DNA of 63,891 nt from Octopus bimaculoides (Eukaryota): the NCBI RefSeq assembly GCF_001194135.2, contig NC_068990.1, forward strand, positions 82,708,577 to 82,772,467, given 5' to 3'. Positions within the stretch are counted from its first letter, which is position 1; each line of letters opens with the position of its first letter. Below are positions 54,421 to 63,891 of this stretch, piece after piece. The translations under genes were made by a program, and so were the position numbers. Under the pieces are notes generated by a model. The model was not told where the DNA came from, ran no database searches, and was given only the letters and a program-made list of their open reading frames with translations.

Positions 54421-56569
54421 AGATATGTAAAAGCCACGGGCGTTGGGCATCCTAGACGTGTAGTCAGTATATTGGGTACTATATTTTATGGACAATGCAT
54501 GCTTGTATTGGAATTTACATCAACCAATATACAACGAGACTATTGTAGAATATCAATCACTGAAAGAAATGGATGTAGTGGAATCAGAAAGCAAATATAA
54601 TTACTTGACGAACAGCGATAGGAACTGCATTCGACTGAAATATTTATACGATACATAATCGCATCACAATCCTATACATTATACACGAATTCCCACAAAA
54701 CATTCCACGTCGATAAACATCCTAAAATTATCCGTATTCTAACTACCTCACCGGGAAACAGAGATCCGTGTTGATTAGTTTCCAAACGCAACTCAGTCAA
54801 CATACATTTTCTTGCTACCTCTCCTACCACTCCTGAAAGTATATATTGATGGTCAGGAGTTGTAGGCGAATATAAAAATCAAGATGTCAGTCAGGCTTCA
54901 TAGGATTTATGTTCTCATGCAGTAAATGAGGTGCGACATAACAGATAGATTATGATTCTCTTAAGATCTATCAGTCTCTCTCTTTCTCTTTCCGTTTGTT
55001 TCTATTTCTCTCTTTGCCTCTTTCATCCTTTCTCATTCTCAGGGTACTTCTCTTTATGTGAGTATGTGCATGTATATAACTGTTAATCTCTGTAATAATC
55101 TAATCAATTCATCTAGCTACTTAGCTATCCGTCACCAGTGCTGTATCTCTAACTATCCAGCTTCCTAGCTAGCTTTCTTTCTCTCTATATTTATGTCCAA
55201 CTGACGATTAGTTTTTCTATTTGCCTATCTGTCAACTATTCAATCTATTCTGCGTGCCATTTAATATACAGTCATACAAATCAACACCAAAAATCATGTG
55301 TTATGTAACACACTTATCTTAGACATGTGGTTAAAATATCGGAAACACAGTTTTGAAAATTCGCTCCATATTATATAAATATTCAATTATAACAATATTA
55401 TATTTATGCTAAGATTATACTATGTAAAATGCTGAATGTTCATATAGTAGCATTCTTTGAAAACAAATGTCTTTTTTTTTATATAACATCCATTATTGAT
55501 AAGTAACCGGTTTTATTCACTCAATTGATAGTCATTCATATTCAGTACATCTAATTTGATACAAAATGATAACCAATGTCTAGTCTTTCCGTGTATTTTA
55601 TTCAAGTCTAGATCTAATTTGAGAAAAAGAATAGTAGTAATTGCGCAATTTCACTTATATTCCATCTGACACTTCAAATATATTATATGACAGATTTCAA
55701 TTGAAATTCAATTTCCTTGTCTATTTCACACTGTTTCTTATTTAATTCACCGTCGTCTGTGAAAAATTCAAACAATATTCCGTTTGATAAAATATCATTC
55801 AACTCGATTTCATACATAGCCACCACAATATTGTGATAGATGCACTTATATCCTTGCTTGTATTTTATAAATTGATCTAACAAAATAATTCATTCCTCTA
55901 GACAGGAAGAAACCTTTCACATATATTTGCATTTACTATTTTAGGTGAATTATTCTGAAATTACTTTTAGTTTTCCGAACTATTAACTACAATATTTTTC
56001 TATCTAACAATGCTTCATTTCGGTCTATTTAGTCTAACATTATCTTCTAGTACCCTGGTTTTCCATGTATAACATTAACTTTAGTTATGTTTGAATTCGG
56101 ATCATTTTGATAATTCTATTACAAATATCTGATCATGACATTTTTAACAACGAAGCAATTTTTGTCTTTTTGTTGAATACCAAAATCAACTCCAATCGAG
56201 AAGACCTATGTTTAATAAACATTTCAGAAGAGAGCAGCTGTCTCTTTACCCAGGAACAGTGCACCCGGGTCGTTTCGAAAGAATACCTAAAGTGTTAGCA
56301 TGTAAACTGAGGGAAAATAGGCCGCCTTAGTTAAGAAACAAGTGTTTGTTTGTTTTTTTATCGAATTCGTAATTTTCTCTTGTTATTTATGTACATATCC
56401 ACCGATCAGGTATGCTGCGTGAAAGACTACTATGAAAGACTACTATATACTTCAGACACAATGGATCTTAAAATTAAAAAAATGTTTACCAATTCCATAA
56501 TTTTCGTCTTTCAAATCAAATCAAGGAGTTTTTATGTATGCAAAGATCAGTGGCGGTACAACGACGAAT

Positions 56570-56662
56570 AATATACACACACACGCACGCACACACGCAC
56601 AAACACACACACAGACATACACACACACAATATATAAACATATACATATAGGTACATAAATA

Positions 56663-56708
<46 letters not shown>

Positions 56709-56810
56709 TATATATGTATGTATGTATTCATATATATATGTATATATATATATGTATGTATTCATATATATATATATGTATATGTATGTATGTATGTATG
56801 TATTCATATA

Positions 56811-56854
<44 letters not shown>

Positions 56855-56860
56855 CTGTGA
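56570..56860. repeat. Interrupted (CA)/(TA)/(TATG)n low-complexity array
   Basis: Directly visible; source of several YI-repeat ORFs. Confidence 0.9.
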
Positions 56861-57062
56861 GTGTGCACATACGACTACTACTATATGTCATAGCTCCACG
56901 TAGGATATCTTTATCCAGTCGGTTTACAGTATAGTTGTTAATCGATCATTGTACTTAATAATTTTACTAGTTATGATATACAGAGCAAAAGTAGTTGAAA
57001 TTTAATTAAAACCAGCATAAATATTTACTTCCTATGTACGTTTCTCCATTGTAAAGATGTTC

Positions 57063-57204
57063 CAAATGCATTCGGATATCAAAATCCAACGGATCATCAG
57101 AGGCAGATTTTATTGAATTCTGTTACAAGATATTTCATCTCTGTAACAAAAGGCAATTAGGTGTACCTGTGACGGCATTGCACTGAGACATCCGAATGCA
57201 TTCG
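57063..57204. repeat. Degenerate foldback / MITE-like palindrome
   Basis: 18-bp inverted repeats (16/18 match) at 57063-57080 and 57187-57204, with a central hairpin (57121-57148) sharing the same centre of symmetry. Confidence 0.45.
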
Positions 57205-57976
57205 ATATATACATTGCTAAGTTCTCACTAACTGCAGTGGTGAAATGTACGAAGGAACGAACTATTTATCTTAATTTTCACTTGACAGTTTCAAAATTTA
57301 TCATTACTGTATCTATCAGTGTAAAAGACGGAATTTTGCCTATAAAGTCATCTCAAAATTGACGTCTGTTTGAAATACTAAATATTAAAATTGAAACATA
57401 TTATGGCTGGAAGTTTTATGATTCTTAATGGAAAAGAGCGTAAAATACTCGCGTAGTTTCTATAATCTCACAAACCAAAGTCTTCTGGTGTGTTTGAGAA
57501 GCTTGATTGATGAGTTTGCATTAAAATAATAATTATATATTACAAACCTGTCTGCCTAACGTAAGCATAGCAGCTAGAATATTGTACAATAAAGAAGATT
57601 AAATGGCTTTGGAAATACAAACAGGATATACTGACAAGTTTAAACTTGGTAGATGGTTTGGGTTAAAGGGCCCAATGCAAATTATATCGTGAGACACATG
57701 TAGTAAACATGATGCATGAGTTGCATTAAATTTTATCCGATGCATTTAAAACTAAAATTCATATATTTGCACTTAAGTAAACTGAATCTCACTATGAACG
57801 CATTAAATACTCGAAATCCACTACTTTGTGATATAATCGATTTGTAATATGATCTTGCATCACGCAGTATACTAGGATATCACAAAATACTAGGATATCA
57901 CAAAATATATTTGCAGACTTTAGGTTCCTCATTTACATTACTTCTTGATGCAAGGCGAGAGAGTTAATTGTTTCCT

Positions 57977-58288
57977 TTTTTTTTTCGCCCTTTCAAAACC
58001 TAGCCAGGCTCATCGGCCCGGTTTCCCGGTTTCTATGGCGTATGTGTTCCCCACCTGTTGGACGGGACGCCAGTCCATCGCAGCGTTACTCAAGAAACAG
58101 GAAGAAAGCGTGAGAGAAAGTTGGGGCGAAAGAGTAGAACAGGGGTCGACACCCCACCCCTGCCGGATCCTCGTGGAGCTTAGGTGTTTCGCTCAATAAA
58201 CACACACAACGCCCGGTCTGGGAATCGAAACCGCGATCCTCCGACCCCGCTGTCCGCTGCCCTAACCACTGGGCCATTGCGCCTCCAC
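57977..58288 (-). mobile_element. SINE family C, full length: tRNA head, V-domain-like core, poly(A) tail, perfect 11-bp TSD
   Basis: Minus head GGAGGCGCAATGGCCCAGTGGTTAGG (A box), GGTTTCGATTCCC (B box), core CTGCGATGGACTGGCGTCCCGTCCA, A-tail. TSD AATTGTTTCCT at 57966-57976 and 58289-58299. Confidence 0.93.
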
Positions 58289-58544
58289 AATTGTTTCCTA
58301 TACGACATTAGAAACCTGTATAAAACTTCAAGGAAGTTTGACATTAACTGTGATGGATTTGCATTTGTAAATAGTGCGGAAACATCGTTCTTGAAAAGAA
58401 GACTGCATAGCATATTTTACAGTCGCCCTTTTGTGCATGGCAGTTGTAGACAAACTCAACCTAATAATGATTGGAAAAGGTAAAACCATGAAAAAAATCA
58501 TGCCTAAAACCATGTACTCGGCTGGGAGTTTACCGAACTACAAC

Positions 58545-58690
58545 CAATGGGAAAATAAAGACATAATGATATGGGTTGAAAGTTGATGTACATATGGTAG
58601 GTTTTGAAAACATAAGAACTATTGTGTGTGATATGTGTTAACTGTCATGAAGATAAAGGAAAGAAATGCATGGTCATGGATTATGGGGAC
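58545..58690 (+). mobile_element. Very degenerate R4/Dong-like RLE fragment
   Basis: WENKDIMIW.. and DKGKKCMVMD resemble EN....ILWD..DKK.KKC..ID. The match is short and interrupted. Confidence 0.35.
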
Positions 58691-60184
58691 ACGGCAGGTA
58701 TTTCTGGCGAATAAAATCAATTATCGTTCAAAATTTACATTTGAATTTTAAATCCTGAGGTAGACTGGACATCAGCAAGCACATCTACAAATACGTCTAC
58801 ATATAACGTAGATAAATAAGTCTGCTTTGTTGATATTATTTGTAAACTAAAAGTAATTTATACATGTCTTAAAAGTAAATGTTGTTGACAACCGGGCTAA
58901 AGAAAAAACGTTGTTGTTAGGGAGTTATTTAAGTGACAAAATGATTTTGCGTTATGAAATAGTTCTTAAAATGAAAATAATAATAAAAAATGTGAATAAA
59001 TAAAATAAGCACGAATTTATATGAGACAAACAGCAACGTTAGTTTTATAATTTTATAACATTTAATTCGCCCATTTGTAAATGCAAAATGTTATGTAATT
59101 TCCAATCAGCATTATTTTAACTTATTCATATTAGACATTTTATTTTAGTTTATATCACCTTTAATTCCACTTTATCTTACACCTCTCTGAAACTAAAGTT
59201 TATCCCTTCCCAAACATTGTAAACCCTCAGGTATTCCAAACTCATTATCATCAACGAAGTAGAAGTCGATATTTCTTTCCTCTTATCTAAATACTTTGTG
59301 TTTATTCATAATATTTTTCATCTTTATTACCATATATTTTTTATCACAGTCTAAATATTACAATATTATATGATGGCATGTGATGTTTAATGCTACAGTA
59401 ACTTTTTATCATTGGGGGGAAAAAAAACTCATCACTGCAATTTTATCGGTTCCTAATTCACTTTCACTTTAATTGATCATCACAAATTCTTTATTTTCAT
59501 CATTTCCAACCATTAGAACACTTAGAACAACCATGTTGATACCTGTAAAAATGACTTCTATAATTATCTTACTGTAAGCATCATTATTAAGAAGCCTAAA
59601 GTAATATGTTGTGATTACGCTAATCTTGATTTATCCACGTTATTTCATCATTTCTTCTAGCCTTCAATTCATCTTAATTTGGATTTTCTGTTAAATTCTT
59701 TTATTTCATCCACATAATTTGACTAATAGCATTGAAAAGCCGCTACCGTTAAATTATATTGCAAAGAATTTGCGTTCTTTAAATTGTTTTTTGAATTCCG
59801 TGCATCACAACCAAAAAATAATATACACTGAAACTTTCCATGTAACCCACATAAGATGCCTTTATGTTATACAATGGATTTTTAACAATTTTTGTGCGCT
59901 TGGTTTTCTTAGTAAATGTCAAAGTGTGAATCTGGAGAAGCTACGCTTTTTAGAAAAAATACATCTAGCAGCTAACAGGCACATTACAAATACAATCAGT
60001 ATGCGGAACAAGAAAAAGGTATGCAAGACTTTCTCAAGTTCAAAACGTAACATTGTTCTCTTATCTACATTCCGGCAACGGAGTTTTGTATCAGTGTTAG
60101 AAACCAGCTCCTTTCTAACAGGAAAAATTCAAATAATTAACAAAAGGAGACACGCACATCCATTACATATTACATATAAGCGAC

Positions 60185-60255
60185 CATACATACATACATA
60201 CATACATACATACATACCGACAGTCATACATACATACATACATACATACATACAT

Positions 60256-60310
<55 letters not shown>

Positions 60311-60345
60311 AACATGTGTCTGTGTGTGTGTATGTCTGTGTATGA
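60185..60345. repeat. (CATA)n-(CAGA)n-(GT) array
   Basis: Directly visible. Confidence 0.95.
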
Positions 60346-61334
60346 GAAATTGAGATGACAAAGTAATTGATTATCTTATAAACTTCATTAGCTTGCGGCT
60401 GTTTCTGCTATTAAATGCAGTGGGCTCATACTTGAGTGTCAGAGTAATAACTTGTAGCTTCATCGGAGCGTCGAATATAGGCACACATGTAATTCCTTCC
60501 CAAATAAATTTTACTTCATATTCGAAACTCTCATGAAACTATGAGGTCCACTGCATTTTATTGAGTCCAGTACATCTTACAACAGAATCTATTGTAAGGT
60601 AATGATGTTCATACGGCTAAATAGTAATATTGTTTACGTTTGCGTAACTGAAATATTTTTGATTGGATTATACAGTTATCGGTTTTACAGGTCTTTCTAT
60701 ATTCTGCAACTGTCACAATAGAGAAACATTATAGATGCATACATTTTTTTATGTTTTCCGTGAATTTTTCACGTGTCCTGCTAGTATATATATAAATATA
60801 CACACGAAGACGTAGACCTTCTCCTCCTCCGAGCCGACGAAAATAGACAGAGTTAAAGAGGGAGAGTTTAATAGACAGACGTAGAGAAAGTATATATGCT
60901 TGTGTGTCTATTCCCCAGTATAGTTTCATGTTTCAATTTTAGACGTTTACTGTGTTGTATAACATTTTCCGTTTTAGTTTAAATTACATTATATTTCCAT
61001 CTATACTGTTCGTTAATTTGTCATCATTTAACTAGCGGTTGCCGTTGTTACTATTAAAGGTACTTAATTGTTGTGTTTTCCTTTCCATCTGTCGTTTTTG
61101 TTATTGTTGATCATTGTTCTCTTTTTATCTATCATTTTATGTAATGCTGATTATTGTTTTCTTGTGGATGAGATTCTTGTTATTTTATGTGATCCACTTA
61201 TTATTATGAAATATTTTTCTTATCTAGTTTTGTAATTCTTGCAACAATGCAATCCTCATCTTCGTTGCAATCGTTGTCGCAAAATTATTGTTCTATCCAC
61301 TTAAAGTATTCTCGTTATTGCCTTGATTGATACT

Positions 61335-61966
61335 ATTATGTTATTATTATTTTTTTAATTATTAGTATTATTATGATTATTATTTTATTGTCTTTGCACA
61401 ACTTCTAACGCTGGAGATGTACTACGGTGTCAGCTGTTCACTATCAGTGAACTAAGGTAACACACCTTATTTTTCGAGCACCATCCAGAGCATTCGAGCG
61501 GTCCCAAGCAGTGCTGTCTTCTGCAAGTGCTCCACCCATATTGCAGCCCCTATTTATTCCATGTACTTCTCAAGATTTTTACTCACTGTTCCAAGGGCTC
61601 CGACAATTATTGGCACTACTACCACCTTTTTCATCGACCACAACTGCTTAACTTCCATGCTAACCTGTCATATCTTTCGACTTTTCTTTCTTCCTTATCG
61701 CATACCTTCTTGTCTGCTGAGCATGCTAGAGCTATGATCCAGCATCGTTTGCTTCCTTTCTCAATTAAGACTATGTCTGGCTTCCTATTCTCTATCTCAT
61801 GGTCGCACTGAATCATAAAATCCCATAGGATCTTTGCATTANNNNNNNNNNTGGTCGCACTGAATCATAAAATCCCATAGGATCTTTGCATTATCATTTT
61901 CGATGATGCCTTCAGATTTATGTTTGTACTACTTTTTTTGCTCTGTCAAGTCCATACTTGATGCAA
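61335..61966 (-). mobile_element. R4/Dong-clade non-LTR retrotransposon 3' end (RLE domain, 3' UTR, TAA-rich tail)
   Basis: LCIKYGLDRAKK*YKHKSEGIIENDNAKILWDFMIQCDHEIENRKPDIVLIEK..KVERYDRL..VVVVPIIVGALGTVSKNLEKYM..LQKTALLGTARMLWMVLEK* is a classic R4/Dong PD..D restriction-like endonuclease tail. A 42-bp duplication spans the 10-N gap. Confidence 0.92.
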
Positions 61967-62555
61967 AGTGCCCGGGAAGCTGAACCACTTTCATACAATA
62001 CACCTCAGAAAACTTCTCGGCATAAAGTGGCAAGACAGAATCCCGGACACCGAGGTAGTAATACGTTTTAACCTGCCCATTATCCATACCATCTGGATGC
62101 AGCCTCAGCTTCGCTGGGCATGTCACGTAGCTCGCATGTCAGACGATCGATTACCAAAAAGATTGCTCTTTGGTGAGCTACAAAAAGGAAAGCGCTCACA
62201 AGGTGACCAGAAGAAGCGCTTTAGGGACGTACTGAAAGCCTCACTGAAAGCCTTCAACATCGACCATGCAACTTGGGAGCAGTCTTCTCTAGACAGAGAA
62301 AGGTGGTGATCAGCTGTCCACAAGGGTGCCAACACATGCGAGACCAATAGGATTGCTGCTGCAGAAGACCGCAGACAAGCCAGGATGTACAAAACTAACA
62401 ACCCTGTAGCAGGCGCTACCATTCCCTGTCCACACTGTCAATGACTCTTTCGGGCGCAGATTGGCCTCACTAGCCATCTGCGGACTCACAAAAAAGCCCA
62501 CCCCCACCCCAGGATGACTAGATGGTCTTCGTCGCATCGACGGACAAACTACAAA
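61967..62555 (+). mobile_element. RTE-clade LINE 3' end (RT C-terminus plus CCHH finger), 5'-truncated
   Basis: KLNHFHTIHLRKLLGIKWQDRIPDTEV..QLRWACHVARMSDDRLPKRLLFGELQKGKRSQGDQKKRFRDVLKASLK..W*SAV..CPHCQ*LFRAQIGLTSHLRTH; diagnostic RTE/BovB-like motifs with two in-frame stops. Confidence 0.95.
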
Positions 62556-62856
62556 TGAATGTGGCGAGAGTGGACCGCATGAATGGAGCTACTCTAAGTG
62601 TGCGCCTGTAGGTCGGAAGGAAAGGAGAAGAAAAACTGCCTGCCTTAGAAACCCTTGGTGTTAAAGGATCCAAAGTGAGTGATATCTCTTTGGTCACCTT
62701 ACGGTGGAACTCACCACTGTTAGGGACGCATATTGTTGATTTAATCTCTGTTAATCTTTGTGTTTGTCGGTTGATTACACGTTTAACCTCACACTTCCTC
62801 ATTTGTGCATTGTCCTGTATGTTTTGTGTTCGGCCCTGGTGGCCGATAAAGAAAGA

Positions 62857-62894
<38 letters not shown>

Positions 62895-62940
62895 TATTAT
62901 TATTATTATTATTATCATTATTATTATTATTATCATTATT
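62556..62940 (+). mobile_element. Probable LINE 3' end (L1/Tx1-like?) with 3' UTR and (TTA)n tail
   Basis: Short coding tail NVARVDRMNGATLSVRL*, a ~230-bp UTR ending ggccctggtggccgataaagaaagaa, then a long (TTA)n tract. The clade call is inference. Confidence 0.5.
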
Positions 62941-63842
62941 CCTGGTTCTCATATCTCATAGCTAACGGTGTTATTGTTATTATTATTTGTTGTTCTTTAC
63001 TCAATCATTAATATTATCATTTTCCTTTTCTTAAATGTTTCTTGTTGTAAGTTTCGTTGTTGTTCTTGTTATTATTAACATCATTCTCATTCTTTTTTCA
63101 ACAACATTTCTACTTTGCATGAATCACAATTCTCTCGAATGCTCTAAACTTATCTCTTTCCAGATAGAAGCGGAAATACAGAGAGTAGCTTAAAGGAAAG
63201 AAGAAATATTGCTTATGAGTAATTATCAATGTAATATTCCATTAATATATTATCTTTATATTCTTGATTCCTTCTCTATCATTTCTGATTCCACTCCTTG
63301 TCTTCATAGAATTTTCAATACTTTTTCACTTTTTTCAGATTTTGCTTTCATTTCTCTACTTCAAATCACTTGCATATGAACACAATTAATGTGTGTATGG
63401 TGTGTGCGTATGTTCAGACATGTGTTTGTATATCTAATTATGTACACACATTCAAACAGATACTCACACAGAGAAATATGATTTCCTTAAGATGGCCATC
63501 ATATCAAAAATAATGTTTGTTCCATTTTCACAGACACATACACGCACGTGTGTGTATCACAAGTATGGGTATGTGAGCGTATATATATATATATATATAT
63601 ACATACACACACACAAATACACACAAACATATGTATATACTTATACATATACATACCCGTGTTTGTGCGTGTGTGTGTGCGTGTGTTTGTGTACATAAAA
63701 TGTACAAGAATATATTCTTGGCAATGAATATCCGCGTAAATTCATAGGTTTCATACAGTATATATGTACAAGATTTTCTGAGAAGATTATAAATACCTCT
63801 ATGGAATTACTAAATTGTATATACTTATGTAATTAACAATGG

Positions 63843-63891
<49 letters not shown>

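Noticed and set aside
55683-55883. Protein-like ORF with G-alpha-like snippets (IYHNIVVAM; EIDKEIEFQL)
   Set aside because: The motifs are in the wrong order for G-alpha, with no ATG or compatible splice sites.
57868-57906. 18-bp tandem duplication (atactaggatatcacaaa)x2
   Set aside because: Ordinary slippage duplication; two units with no spacers, so not CRISPR-like.
59100-60170. Long plus ORF 59719-60345 and A-rich minus frames (cadherin-like impression)
   Set aside because: No DRE/DxD/DxND cadherin motifs, many stops, and the ORF tail is microsatellite.

Overview
AT-rich animal genomic DNA from a gapped draft assembly (about 17 N-gaps, most abutting (TA)n or (GT)n tracts). The repeat families look like those of an octopod cephalopod (Octopus); this is recognition from memory, not a database result. 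No intact host protein-coding gene, tRNA gene, rRNA or CRISPR array is supportable, and the window is probably intronic or intergenic. Almost all long ORFs in the supplied track are microsatellite or N-gap artefacts. The recognisable content is decayed mobile DNA: a Penelope-like (PLE) RT remnant, APE-type LINE pieces (L1/Tx1-like, CR1-like, RTE), RLE-type LINE pieces (R4/Dong-like x2-3, HERO-like), mariner remnants, and three tRNA-headed SINE families, two copies of which keep target-site duplications. The most notable signals are two short elements carrying minimal type I hammerhead ribozyme folds of the PLE kind (16769-16815 on -, 37612-37648 on +; the latter has a non-canonical CUGUUGA core), a third TSD-flanked 119-bp insert with hammerhead half-motifs, a three-clade LINE stack at 61.3-62.9 kb, a diverged ~190-bp direct repeat with a signal-peptide-like relic ORF, and a candidate 6-nt microexon. 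I found nothing that I can defend as a wholly new biological system.
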